Shown piece by piece: positions 17,572-27,700 of a stretch of 51,449 bases of DNA. The translations under genes were made by a program, and so were the position numbers. The stretch is from assembly GCA_964348525.1 (NCBI GenBank), contig CAYGCY010000004.1, forward strand, positions 1,886 through 53,334, read 5' to 3'. Source of the stretch: an uncultured Candidatus Saccharibacteria bacterium. GTDB lineage: Bacteria; Patescibacteriota; Minisyncoccia; Phycocordibacterales; Zambryskibacteraceae. The notes below the pieces were generated by a model. It saw only the letters and a program-made list of their open reading frames with translations, made no database searches and was not told the origin of the DNA. Positions within the stretch are counted from its first letter, which is position 1. Each line of letters begins with the position of its first letter.

Positions 17572-17857
17572 GCCAAGAGTTCCCCGACTCTAGGCATAAA
17601 CAAAGAAAAGGCAGGCCCAAGAAAAGAAAAAACAGCCGGGCCAAGACAAGAAAAAACAGAAGTACCAAAAAAAGACAAGGGGTTGGACGGTGTGGTGAGT
17701 CCTCGGCCGAGGCCGCCACACCGTCCAAGTAGTACCTTTAGCCGATTCGTGTAGTGAGAGGCCCCTTGTGGGCTGGGACTACGGAACGGTTGGCCGTGAA
17801 CCTGTGATTATTCCAGGAATTCGGTAACAAAAGCGCTCTCATAAGCGCTTTTTTTGT
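17572..17857 (+). ncRNA. Orphan ~285-nt ncRNA candidate (unclassified)
   Basis: Bounded by the promoter at 17538-17565 and the terminator at 17829-17855. It has a 5' hairpin ATGCCAAGAGT-TCCCCG-ACTCTAGGCAT, an A-rich tract, a 13-bp perfect stem TTGGACGGTGTGG...CCACACCGTCCAA enclosing CCTCGGCCGAGG, and no convincing ORF. Confidence 0.4.
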
Positions 17858-17864
17858 AAAACTT

Positions 17865-19652
17865 TTATTCACTTCGCATCATCTTTAGGAACACATCCTG
17901 AGGAATATTTACTTTTCCACGAGCCTGCATTTTCTTTTTTCCTTTCTTTTGCTTCTCTCGAAGTTTCATTTTTCGAGTAATATCTCCACCGTACATATGC
18001 TGGGTAACATCTTTTCTGAGTGCCGAAAGTGTTCTAGAAGCAATAATTCTGCCTAATCCCTTGGCTTGTATTTTTGTAACAATCATCTGGCGTGGCATTG
18101 AGGTATATAGTTTTTCTACTGCGGTCTCGGCTTCCTCTGAAATGAGTCGCCTTGAAACCACTCGCGAAAATGCAGGTACTACTTCCTCGTTTATTAAAAT
18201 TTCCATTTTTGCCACGTCGGCTTCTTTCTCGCCTTCTATTTCATAGGAAATTGAAGCATAGCCGGAAGATGCGCTTTTTAATTTATCAAAAAATCCACGC
18301 ATGAGTTCTCGCAGAGGCATTTTTACAGTGAGTGATGTACGGGAGTCTCCAAAAGTTTCAGTATGCTCTGTTTCTCCTTCGTGTTCATATAAAAGTTGCA
18401 TTATCTGACCCAAATATTCGACTGGAGTAATGATAATGACCTTAACCCATGGCTCATGAATAGTTTTTATTAGCCCGTCGTCTGGGAAAAAGGGGGCAGA
18501 ATAAATCATTTCCTTTTTGCCGTTTTTGTATTCAACCTCATAGGTAATGGATGGCAAAGTAACCACGAGCTCGAGATTAAATTCTCTGCGAAGCCTTTCG
18601 GTAATTATTTCGAGGTGAAGCATTCCTAAAAAGCCACAACGGAAACCGCGTCCCAGAGTGCCAGAAGATTCTTCTTCAAAAGTAAATGAAGAATCTGAAA
18701 GCTTCAATTTTCCCAGAGCTTGTTTAAGGGGCACAAAATCGTCCTGTGATTCGGGGTAAATAGAGGCCCACACAACGGGCCTAGGGTCCATATATCCCGG
18801 TAGCGGGGGATTAGTGTCATTTGAGAGCGCAATGGTATCTCCCACCTTTGCTATGCCCGGTTCCTTAATTCCTGTCACTATGTAGCCTATTTCTCCGGCG
18901 GACAAACTTTCTGTGGGCAATTCTGTAGGAGAAAAGATTCCTACTTCAAGTGCCTTGAAAGTGCTTCCTGCTACTTTGAATTTGAGATCGGCGTGCCTTT
19001 TTATCGAACCGTCCATTACACGAACGAAAACTATTACTCCGGTATGATTTGAGTATTTAAAATCAAACACAAGCGCATTGAATTTTTTATGATCGGTATT
19101 TAGGTTTTGAGGTGGAGGTATTTTTTCTATAACCGCCTCTAGCAAAGTGTTTACTCCAGCCCCTGTTTTTCCAGAAGTTTCTATAATGTCTTCTCTTTTG
19201 CAATCTATCAAATTTATTATTTCTTCTGCTATTTCTTCTGTACGGGCAAGAGGGGAGTCCACTTTTGAAAGTACAGGGATGATAGTAAGGCCAGACTCAC
19301 GAGCCATGCCGAGTGTGGTAAGAGTTTGGGCCTGAACGCCTTGGGTGGAATCTACTAGGAGAATTGACCCTTCTACTGCCTTTAGTGCCCTTGATACCTC
19401 GTAGGAGAAATCTATGTGCCCAGGAGTGTCTATTAGATTTAGTACGAAGTTTTCTCCTTTGTAAGAATATTTCATTCTTACGGGTTGCATTTTTATGGTT
19501 ATGCCACGCTCGCGCTCGAGCTCCATTGAGTCAAGCACCTGATCGACCATTTTTCGCTTTTCCACAGTATTAGTAATCTCGAGCATTCTGTCGGCAAGAG
19601 TGGATTTCCCATGGTCAATATGGGCAATGATTGAGAAATTACGGATATTCAT
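17865..19652 (-). CDS. lepA: Translation elongation factor 4 (LepA)
   Basis: MNIRNFSIIAHIDHGKSTLADRMLE..., DTPGHIDF, 595 aa. Confidence 0.95.
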   Translation of the reverse strand: MNIRNFSIIAHIDHGKSTLADRMLEITNTVEKRKMVDQVLDSMELERERGITIKMQPVRMKYSYKGENFVLNLIDTPGHIDFSYEVSRALKAVEGSILLVDSTQGVQAQTLTTLGMARESGLTIIPVLSKVDSPLARTEEIAEEIINLIDCKREDIIETSGKTGAGVNTLLEAVIEKIPPPQNLNTDHKKFNALVFDFKYSNHTGVIVFVRVMDGSIKRHADLKFKVAGSTFKALEVGIFSPTELPTESLSAGEIGYIVTGIKEPGIAKVGDTIALSNDTNPPLPGYMDPRPVVWASIYPESQDDFVPLKQALGKLKLSDSSFTFEEESSGTLGRGFRCGFLGMLHLEIITERLRREFNLELVVTLPSITYEVEYKNGKKEMIYSAPFFPDDGLIKTIHEPWVKVIIITPVEYLGQIMQLLYEHEGETEHTETFGDSRTSLTVKMPLRELMRGFFDKLKSASSGYASISYEIEGEKEADVAKMEILINEEVVPAFSRVVSRRLISEEAETAVEKLYTSMPRQMIVTKIQAKGLGRIIASRTLSALRKDVTQHMYGGDITRKMKLREKQKKGKKKMQARGKVNIPQDVFLKMMRSE

Positions 19653-19786
19653 TGAGTCTTATTGAAAGATAGGAGCGTACAGAAGGACCATGGATATTAT
19701 TATAAGAAAACAGAGCACAACCCAGATCTTCCCTACGGCTTTTTTTGTTCTACTGTGGAATAACATATATTTGGTAAAATCCTACT

Positions 19787-20179
19787 ATGCGTTCTTCAAA
19801 TTTGCAACGAAATATAAAGCCGAAAACTTCCCTTAGAAACATGATGCACTCAGGGCCAATCTTTTGGCTATCTATAATCGTTCTCTTTTTTCTAGCACGT
19901 GGGGCCATTATTACTGTTGTAAAGGAGAGGGAAACTGCGCGTCTTGCTGATGAGTCAAAGAAAAAGATGCTTGATTTAGAAAACAGGGGGAATGACTTAA
20001 CACAAAGGATAGAGTATTTAAAAACACCAGACGGCGAGGAGGCCGAACTTCGAGCTCTTTACAACGCTGCAAGACCAGATGAGTCCGTAGTTTTAATAGT
20101 GGATAGCAAAAGCAAAATAGCCACCACTACAGAACGGGTAAGTCTGTGGCAGAAAATAAAAAATATTTTTTCTAATTAG
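19787..20179 (+). CDS. Small bitopic coiled-coil protein, FtsB/DivIC-like septum-formation initiator (tentative)
   Basis: One TM helix (GPIFWLSIIVLFFLARGAII), then a coiled coil and YLKTPDGEEAELRALYNAARPDESVVLI, which resembles the FtsB/DivIC C-terminal pattern. Confidence 0.6.
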   Translation: MRSSNLQRNIKPKTSLRNMMHSGPIFWLSIIVLFFLARGAIITVVKERETARLADESKKKMLDLENRGNDLTQRIEYLKTPDGEEAELRALYNAARPDESVVLIVDSKSKIATTTERVSLWQKIKNIFSN

Positions 20180-20189
20180 AAAATTACGC

Positions 20190-20264
20190 TGGTCCCCTTG
20201 GCCGGAATCGAACCGACATCAAACCCTTAGGACGGGTCCGTTCTATCCATTGAACTACAAGGGG
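20190..20264 (-). tRNA. tRNA-Arg(CCT), CCA encoded
   Basis: Reverse complement CCCCTTG TA GTTCAATGGATAGAAC G GACCC GTCCTAA GGGTT TGAT GTCGG TTCGATT CCGGC CAAGGGG A CCA. The anticodon loop is GT-CCT-AA. Confidence 0.9.
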
Positions 20265-20273
20265 AGTCTTGGC

Positions 20274-20510
20274 CTATACACCCAAGAGACTTGAGAGTAG
20301 GGGTTTGTTGAAACCTACCACTATTTGATCGTCTACAAGGATAACAGGCACGCCCATTTGGCCACTCAACTCTACCATTTCTTGTCGCCTCACAGGGTCA
20401 ATGGCCACGTCCACTGATTCAAAGGAGATATTATTGGCATTAAAAAAATCTTTTGCCATATTGCAGTAAGTGCAGTTTGGGGTGGAATAAATGGTTACCT
20501 TTTTCATCAT
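20274..20510 (-). CDS. Glutaredoxin-like protein (CxxC thiol-disulfide oxidoreductase)
   Basis: 78 aa. KVTIYSTPNCTYCNMAKDFF ... GVPVILVDDQIVVGF. Confidence 0.85.
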   Translation of the reverse strand: MMKKVTIYSTPNCTYCNMAKDFFNANNISFESVDVAIDPVRRQEMVELSGQMGVPVILVDDQIVVGFNKPLLSSLLGV

Positions 20511-20572
20511 TTCTTTCTTTTTTTATTGCTAATTCATCGAATTCTACACCATAAATAAAAATATATCTAACT

Positions 20573-20646
20573 TGGTGCGGGTAGCGAGAATCGAACTCGC
20601 GTCTCAACCTTGGGAAGGTCGCATTCTGCCACTAAACCATACCCGC
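20573..20646 (-). tRNA. tRNA-Gly(CCC), CCA encoded
   Basis: Reverse complement GCGGGTA...CGACC TTCCCAA GGTTG AGAC GCGAG TTCGATT CTCGC TACCCGC A CCA. Confidence 0.9.
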
Positions 20647-20689
20647 ATATAGGAGCCATTATATTACCTGATATAATTGTACATAGCAC

Positions 20690-20971
20690 ATGCAAGATTT
20701 AAGCGAGCAAAAACTTCAAAGAATACTAGAACTTTCGGAATCCAATAGCAGGATTCTCAAATCTATACGCAGATCTATCATAGTAGGAAGGATTATCCAT
20801 ACAGTCTATTGGGCTGTCCTTATAGGGGCTTCTATCGGGGCATTTTGGTTTTTGAGGCCATATATATCTCAGATAAACGAGCTTTTTGGGGGGTTAAAAA
20901 ATGGTGCGGGGGTTGCGGAGACGATAAATTATGAAGGCCTCAATAATATTTTAAAAAATTTGGGGCAGTAA
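20690..20971 (+). CDS. Hypothetical small membrane protein
   Basis: 93-aa ORF with one hydrophobic helix (IIHTVYWAVLIGASIGAFWFL). No recognisable motif. Confidence 0.5.
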   Translation: MQDLSEQKLQRILELSESNSRILKSIRRSIIVGRIIHTVYWAVLIGASIGAFWFLRPYISQINELFGGLKNGAGVAETINYEGLNNILKNLGQ

Positions 20972-21002
20972 TAGAAAATATGTTAGTATCTTTCCTACGC
21001 GA

Positions 21003-21025
21003 GCTGAGATAGCTCAGTTGTAGCG
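21003..21025 (+). pseudogene. Orphan 5' fragment of tRNA-Phe (partial duplication)
   Basis: GCTGAGATAGCTCAGTTG-TAGCG compared with the start of the genuine gene, GCCGAGATAGCTCAGTTGGTAGAGC, 36 nt downstream. Confidence 0.6.
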
Positions 21026-21038
21026 TTCCAATAAGTTC

Positions 21039-21114
21039 GCCGAGATAGCTCAGTTGGTAGAGCATTCCCCTGAAGAGGGAAGGGTCCCCAGTTCGAACCT
21101 GGGTCTCGGCACCA
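21039..21114 (+). tRNA. tRNA-Phe(GAA), CCA encoded
   Basis: GCCGAGA TA GCTCAGTTGGTAGAGC A TTCCC CTGAAGA GGGAA GGGTC CCCAG TTCGAAC CTGGG TCTCGGC A CCA. Confidence 0.92.
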
Positions 21115-21120
21115 AACAAA

Positions 21121-21615
21121 TTACCCCCTTACTTTTAATTTCGCTTGTTTGTTTTTGTCTATTTTAGGAAGTCGAATTGTGAGAAGCCCATGTTTTTCTG
21201 ATGCCTCTGCTTCTTCTACCTCCACCTCTTTTGGCAAAACGATAGTTCTGGAAAAAGAGCCCCAATAAAGTTCTTTGTGAAAATAATCTTCCTCAGAGAC
21301 TGTTCTTTCTGATTCGCGCTCGCCTCTTACGGTTACTACATCTCTTGTAATAGAAATATCTAAATCTTCAGGACGAACCCCAGCGACCATTGTGCGAATC
21401 ACTATGTCGTTAGGAGTTTCGTACATATCTATTGTAAGTTCGGCGTCTCCAGGATCATTTTCTATAATAGATTGTCTTTCAGAAGAGCCGTTTTTTAGCA
21501 AATCTTTTCCATGAATAATTTTCTCTCTACCTGTTAGGGGAGGGATAGTATCTTCCTCGTCGAGCTTTACCGCTCCTGTAAGTCTTTCAAAGAATGATCT
21601 TTTTTGTGGTTGCAT
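21121..21615 (-). CDS. Hsp20/alpha-crystallin family small heat-shock protein
   Basis: 164 aa. ...DMYETPNDIVIRTMVAGVRPEDLDISITRDVVTVRGERE...GSFSRTIVLPKEVEVEEAEASEKHGLLTIRLPK. Confidence 0.85.
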   Translation of the reverse strand: MQPQKRSFFERLTGAVKLDEEDTIPPLTGREKIIHGKDLLKNGSSERQSIIENDPGDAELTIDMYETPNDIVIRTMVAGVRPEDLDISITRDVVTVRGERESERTVSEEDYFHKELYWGSFSRTIVLPKEVEVEEAEASEKHGLLTIRLPKIDKNKQAKLKVRG

Positions 21616-21617
21616 AT

Positions 21618-22313
21618 TTAGAAAGTGCTGAATCTGTTTATTTGTTTAACTTTTTCGAACACGAGCATCATTGCTATCACCAGAACCCACACAAAACCAA
21701 ATACTGAAACGGTGCCAGCTTCTGTACCCTTCATTATAAATATATTGAAGAAGGCATGCAATGTGATAGCCGATACACATCCCACTAATATCGCCACTCT
21801 TTTTATAGTTTTCGATTTATAAAATGTGATAGCCATAAATGCTCCTATAAGAGCGGAGCTCATCGTGTGCAACAAACTTGCCCCAACAAAGCGCATGTTT
21901 CCAGTAATTAAGCTTCCTGTGATATCTCCATGAGTGATAGGCTCTAGCAGAAATAGGGCATTTTCAGCGGCAGCAAAGCCAAGTGAGGCTGTCATCATAT
22001 ATATAAGCGCATCCACAGGCTCATTTACCTCGCCAGAACGCCATGCCACAAGGAGGGCTACACCAAATTTGAGCATCTCCTCTATTATTGCCCACATAAA
22101 AAAGACACTAATCAGGTCGGCACCATTATTTACAGCTCTTTCTATGGGGATAGCAAGAGGCACTGCGACCATACCAGCGATAAAGGTGAGCATCACTATA
22201 GAGCGTGGTTCTGGATGGAGCCTGTCTTCTCTCAGCCAAAAACTAAGCCATATGACTGCAGGCGCGATTCCTCCCACAAGGGTCCAGAAAATTGTTGATG
22301 CATTTATCCACAT
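21618..22313 (-). CDS. PrsW-family intramembrane protease
   Basis: 231 aa and polytopic. Contains the WAIIEEMLKFG (EExxK) and AAAENALF / LHTMSSAL motifs. Confidence 0.7.
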   Translation of the reverse strand: MWINASTIFWTLVGGIAPAVIWLSFWLREDRLHPEPRSIVMLTFIAGMVAVPLAIPIERAVNNGADLISVFFMWAIIEEMLKFGVALLVAWRSGEVNEPVDALIYMMTASLGFAAAENALFLLEPITHGDITGSLITGNMRFVGASLLHTMSSALIGAFMAITFYKSKTIKRVAILVGCVSAITLHAFFNIFIMKGTEAGTVSVFGFVWVLVIAMMLVFEKVKQINRFSTF

Positions 22314-22322
22314 TTTAAAAAA

Positions 22323-24506
22323 CTATATTGGCCACTTTGAAATTATAAGCCCAAGTTTTCTCTTTGGTAGCATGCTCCATATTTCTTCTGTGATGAAAGG
22401 CATAAATGGGTGGAGTAATTTTACGAGCATCTCTAGTGTATACAGAAGAGTAAATTGAGCAGACTCTTTTGCTATTGCATCCTCACCAGACAAATCTTTT
22501 TTCGAATCCTCAACATAAATATCTGCAAACTCGTGCCATGTGAAGTTGTATATTTTTTCTGTTGCCAAATGGATTCTCCAATTTTCTAGGTCGTCGGTGA
22601 CGTCCTTTGCTAAAGCATCTACTTTTTCGATGAAATTTGAATCTTTGTCTGTAATTTTGAGGTTGGCTGTTTTGGGGTCATTTGAAAGTACGAACCTAGT
22701 GATGTTCCAGAGTTTGTTTGCAAAATGTTTCTGACCTTTTATTTTTTCTAGTGAAATTTTGGTGTCGGTGCCTGGAGCTGTCCCCATTAAAAGAGCCATT
22801 CTCACGGCATCTGCGCCGTACTCTTTTATAAGCTCTGTTGGGTCTAAACTATTCCCAAGAGATTTAGACATTTTTTTGCCGTCTTTATCTCGGATTATTC
22901 CGTGTAAGTAAACATTTTTAAACGGAATCTCTCCAACTAGGAAGCCTGAAAGCATTATCATTCTGGCAACCCAGAAAAAAAGAATGTCGTAGCCTGTTTC
23001 CAAGACAGAGGTTGGATGGAAGTTTTTTAAATCCTCGGTTTGTTCCGGCCATCCAAGAGTGGAAAAGGTCCAAAGACCGGAGGAGAACCATGTGTCCAAA
23101 GTATCCTCGTCTTGCTTCCATCCAAAGCCAAAAGGCTTTTTAATGCCCACAAACGTCTTTCCGCCCTTATACCAGACAGGCACTCCGTGCCCAAACCATA
23201 TTTGCCTAGAAATGCACCAATCACGCAGATTATCTATCCAATGAAAATAGGTCTTGTCGAAATGCTCAGGGATTATTGATATAGCACCGCTAGATACCGA
23301 TTTGCGCATTATTTCTTTTAGAGTTGTTTTAGAGCCGGATTCTATTCCAGGAATTTTAGAATGTTTGATAGTAAACTCTTTATTTACTGCTACAAACCAC
23401 TGATCTAAAATTTGAGGCTCAATAAAGCCATTAGTGCGTTCTGCTGTGGCGACATTGTGCGTGTAGTCTTCTTCTTTTTCCAAAAGGCCTTTAGCTTTTA
23501 GCTTTTCCACAATCTTTGCTCTGGCTTCCGCTATTTTCATGCCAGAAAATTCGCCTGCAACAGGAAGCAAGCGCCCCTTTAGGTCTATTATTTGTTCTTT
23601 GTCTAGTTTGTGTCTCTCACTTATTTCAAAATCCTCAACACTGTGCCAAGGAGTGATTGTCATAACACCTGTTCCAAACTCTTTATCAATAACCTCATCT
23701 TTTATGACTGTTGCAGTAATGGCGTCATTTATCCACTCTAGGTCTATTTTTTGTCCGTTCTTGTATTGAGAATACCTTTCGTCATCAGGGTGCATTACTA
23801 CATATTTATCTCCAAATTTAGTTTCTGGTCTTGCAGTTGCTATTGTGAACGGGCCGTACTTTAGGTAGTAAAGTTTAGTTTTTTCTTCCACATATACTAT
23901 TTCATCGTCTGAAATAGTCGTTTGCCCTTTCGGATCCCAATTAACTATTCTGTGCCCGCGATAAATTAAACCGGCGTCGTACATTTCCTTAAATGCGGTG
24001 CGCACAGCCTCCACACGTTTTTTGTCTAACGTGTACGCTTCACGGGACCAGTCGAGAGACGCACCCAGAGTTTTGATTTGAGAAACTATGGTGTCATGAC
24101 TTTCTTGAGCAAATTTCTCAATTCTTTTTATGAGTTCTTTTCTCCCTATATCATATCTAGATTTGCCCTCTTTCTTTGAAATTTCTTTTTCAACTCGTGA
24201 TTGTGTTGCTATAGCTGCGTGGTCTGTCCCTGGGAGCCAGAGAGTATTTTTGCCACGCATTCGGTTGAAGCGAATCAATGCATCTTCTATAGCTATGCCG
24301 AGAGCGTGACCCATATGTAGAGTGCCGGTTACATTTGGAGGGGGAAGTATTATAGAAAAATAATCTTTACTTTTTATTGGATTAAAAGATTTATTTTTTA
24401 GCCACATTTCATAAATAACTTTTTCAGTCGTGGCGGGGTCGTATGGGGATAACAATTTTTGGGGCACATTATCCGAAACAGACTTTATTTTTGATACGGA
24501 CGGCAT
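22323..24506 (-). CDS. valS: Valine--tRNA ligase (short form without the C-terminal coiled coil)
   Basis: PPPNVTGTLHMGHALG (HIGH) and KMSKSLGN (KMSKS). 727 aa. Confidence 0.85.
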   Translation of the reverse strand: MPSVSKIKSVSDNVPQKLLSPYDPATTEKVIYEMWLKNKSFNPIKSKDYFSIILPPPNVTGTLHMGHALGIAIEDALIRFNRMRGKNTLWLPGTDHAAIATQSRVEKEISKKEGKSRYDIGRKELIKRIEKFAQESHDTIVSQIKTLGASLDWSREAYTLDKKRVEAVRTAFKEMYDAGLIYRGHRIVNWDPKGQTTISDDEIVYVEEKTKLYYLKYGPFTIATARPETKFGDKYVVMHPDDERYSQYKNGQKIDLEWINDAITATVIKDEVIDKEFGTGVMTITPWHSVEDFEISERHKLDKEQIIDLKGRLLPVAGEFSGMKIAEARAKIVEKLKAKGLLEKEEDYTHNVATAERTNGFIEPQILDQWFVAVNKEFTIKHSKIPGIESGSKTTLKEIMRKSVSSGAISIIPEHFDKTYFHWIDNLRDWCISRQIWFGHGVPVWYKGGKTFVGIKKPFGFGWKQDEDTLDTWFSSGLWTFSTLGWPEQTEDLKNFHPTSVLETGYDILFFWVARMIMLSGFLVGEIPFKNVYLHGIIRDKDGKKMSKSLGNSLDPTELIKEYGADAVRMALLMGTAPGTDTKISLEKIKGQKHFANKLWNITRFVLSNDPKTANLKITDKDSNFIEKVDALAKDVTDDLENWRIHLATEKIYNFTWHEFADIYVEDSKKDLSGEDAIAKESAQFTLLYTLEMLVKLLHPFMPFITEEIWSMLPKRKLGLIISKWPI

Positions 24507-24798
24507 GGGAAGAATTATAGCATCCTTGTCTTTAAGACATTTAGTGCCAAATGACGGCTATAAAGCGTGTTTAAAGGACATAACTAAATGAAGTTCGAAT
24601 CAATTTCAGATAACGGTTAATGGTGGGAGTTTAAATATAAATTATAAGCCGTTTTTTGAAAGTTCGAGCAATGAATTTAAAGGACTTTTATAGATAAAGG
24701 ACAAATATATAAAAAAGCCTTATTTTTCAACAGATTGACCAAATTGAATTTGAATTGCAAAATATTGACATGTCCGTCAAAAAAAGTAGGGTTTTGAT

Positions 24799-27700
24799 GT
24801 GTCTAATTCAACCTATAACACCTATAGAAATATTCGTAAAAATAAAGCTATAAAGCTGGTTGTTTTCTCTTTAATTTTCTTGTCGTCTTTGACGAATATT
24901 CAAGCGGCAAATCCTAGTGTTTCTATCACTGCAAACGGTGCTTCAGACAACTTGGGGATAAACCAAGGGGATACATTCACAATCGCATGGGTATCAAGTG
25001 ATGTTGTCGCTTGTAATTTGACTAGAAATGGCGAAGACCTTGGGGGCGTTAATGTTAGTGATTCTGTGGGGCCTATAGATGCAAATCATCTCTACTACCC
25101 AACGGCAACTTCTTCTGCAACATTCGCGATAAGCTGTACTGACGGGACGGACACTTTTAGTAGCTCTGTTGTGGTAAGCATAAATGCACCAAACTCTCCT
25201 CCACCTCCTCCTCCAGCCTCACCCGCTCCTCAATCAACAACGCTAAATGCTCCAACGATTACCGTAGCTACAAGCGCTCAATGCGGAGGTCAGATTGATA
25301 TATCTTGGCAGTCTGTAAGTGGAGCAACCTTTTACAATATAAACAGAGATGGTTCTCAAATATCTACCACTTCGAATTTGTCCTTTACAGATACGGGGCT
25401 AGTTCCTGACTCGGCGCATACTTACACGGTTTCTGCTACAGACGGAATAGTAACTTCCAATAATTCAAGCATGTCGTCTGTTTTTGCCTCAAGCGCATGC
25501 CCATCTGGAGCATCCGGAACAGTTCAAACCACTTCTTTCAATACTGACCCAGCAGACTATCCAACAATCAGTGTGTCTAATTACTCACAAAACCCTCTCT
25601 CAATTTCAAATTGGTCTCCAAGTGTAAATTTGCAACCTGGAGAAATATTGAGCGTAGGTATTTACTACCACAACGCTGGTTCTGTAGACGCTGTAAATAC
25701 AACCGTTTCAATACTTGTCCCAACGGGATCTAGTGCTAGTTTTATTGTCTCGGGTGGAGTATCCGCAGATAATGCTTCAGCAGTAGGAGGCTCTGCTACA
25801 GCAAACATTGCTGGTAGCGAATCGCTTACATACATCCCAGGCTCAGCTGTTTGGTACCCAAATCAAATCCAAGATCCTTCTCAAGGTGTTTCGTTGTCGT
25901 CATATTCACCAAACAACATAGGCACTATCGTGCCCGGCTGGCCGTCTCAAGGAATGGTAGTGGCGCGCTTTCAAGTTTCTAACTCTTCTTCAACCAGTAC
26001 CCCTATTTCTGCCCCAGTCTTAACAGGCTCAACAGGTGTTCAATGTGGAGGAAATATTTCTTTGTCTTGGAATAGTGTGTCTGGAGCTATCAGCTACAAA
26101 ATTTTTAGAGACAACTCTCTCATCACAACCGTCTCAAATAATTCATTTACAGATACTGGTTTAGTAGCGGGGAGTTCTCACAGCTACTATGTAGTAGCTT
26201 CAAATGGAATTTCTGACAGCGTGCCATCTAATACTGCTAATCTAGTCGCCTCTCTTGCGTGCACATCAGTACCGTCTGCACCAACAGGTGTGACGGTTGT
26301 AACAGGCATCCAGTGTGGGGGACAAATAGATATATCGTGGAGTTCTGTAGCAAATGCATCTTTCTATAAAATCTTAAGAGATGGGACTTTAATATCCACC
26401 ACCTCAAATTTGTCTTTTACAAACACAGGATTAAATGCAGGACAAACCTATTCATACAGCATCATAGCTGTAAATAGCATAGGGGACTCCTCTCCATCTG
26501 TACCAGCTCAAGCAGTTGCGTCTGCCGTATGTCCGAGCCAGCCTCCGGCTTCGCCCATTCTCTCTGGAGGAACTGGAGCAATATGTGGGGGACAAGTCGC
26601 CCTAAACTGGACGGCCGTATCAGGAGCAACTTCTTACACAGTATTCAGGGGAGGTAGCCAAATAAACGCCACTACCAATTTGTCCTTTACAGATACGGGG
26701 CTTACTTCAGGCCAAACATATTCATACACCGTGAGAGCATTAAATTCTTTCGGTTCATCTACTGACTCAAACATCGTTTCAGCTGTAGCTTCTTCTGTCT
26801 GTGGAGGGGGTGGCGGTGGCAATCCAGCGCCAACAGTAACCCTTATTCCTGTTCCGCCTGTTATTACTGCGGGAGCAACTTCTACTTTGTCTTGGACATC
26901 TACAAATGCAACATCGTGTTCTGCTTTGGGTGGATGGACTGCTCTAACATCTGTTTCAGGATCTCAAATAGTGTCGCTTGCTACTACCACATCGTTTACG
27001 CTGACATGTACTGGCGCTGGTGGTACAGCGACATCTACTGCGATAGTGACAGTTACACTACCGACAGCGCCACCCAGTGTGCCGACAAACCTAGTGGCTA
27101 ACACTGGGGCACAATGCGGAGGGCAAATAGACCTTTCATGGAATACTGCTTTAGGGGCAACATTCTATAACGTATTTAGGTCCGGAACTTTTGTGGCCTC
27201 CACTACCAATTTGTCCTTTACAGATACGGGCCTTACTTTTGGTCAAAGCTACTCGTATACCATTCAAGCGGGCAACTCTTTTGGTACATCAACCAACTCA
27301 AATACTGCTTCTGCATCTGCTTCTAGTGCCTGTGGTTCAGGTACTGGCGGTGGTGGAGGGGGCGGAGGTTCATCTTCTGGAGGCGGAGGGTCTTCTTCGG
27401 GCGGTGGAAGGGTATTGTCTACTACAGGTGGAGGAATATTCCAATGCAACTACCTAATAGACTACTTAAGAATAGATTTTCAGAATAATCCAGTAGAGGT
27501 TACCAAACTCCAAATCTTCTTGAGAGATTTTGAAAAAGAAAATTTGTCCGTTACAGGAATATTTGATCAAGCCACGTTTGATGCAACCTCTCGTTTTCAA
27601 GCAAAATATCAAGACGATATTTTGTCTCCTTGGGGTTATGCAGAAGGGGAATCTACTGGATACGTTTACATACTTACAAAAAAGAAAATAAATGAGATTG

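Noticed and set aside
17417-17754. ORFs 17557..17754 (65 aa, Lys/Pro-rich) and 17417..17728 (103 aa, -)
   Set aside because: The first starts at a GTG inside the -10 box and is translated through a 13-bp perfect stem. The second is antisense low-complexity sequence. The region is better explained as a non-coding transcript, though a small protein is not excluded.
17572-17857. Possible identity of the ncRNA candidate as tmRNA, SRP RNA or 6S RNA
   Set aside because: It has no tRNA-like 3' end with a T-loop and CCA (so not tmRNA). It has no GGAAGCAGC/GNAR domain IV motif (so not SRP). Its architecture is not a single long interrupted hairpin (so not 6S). It remains unclassified.
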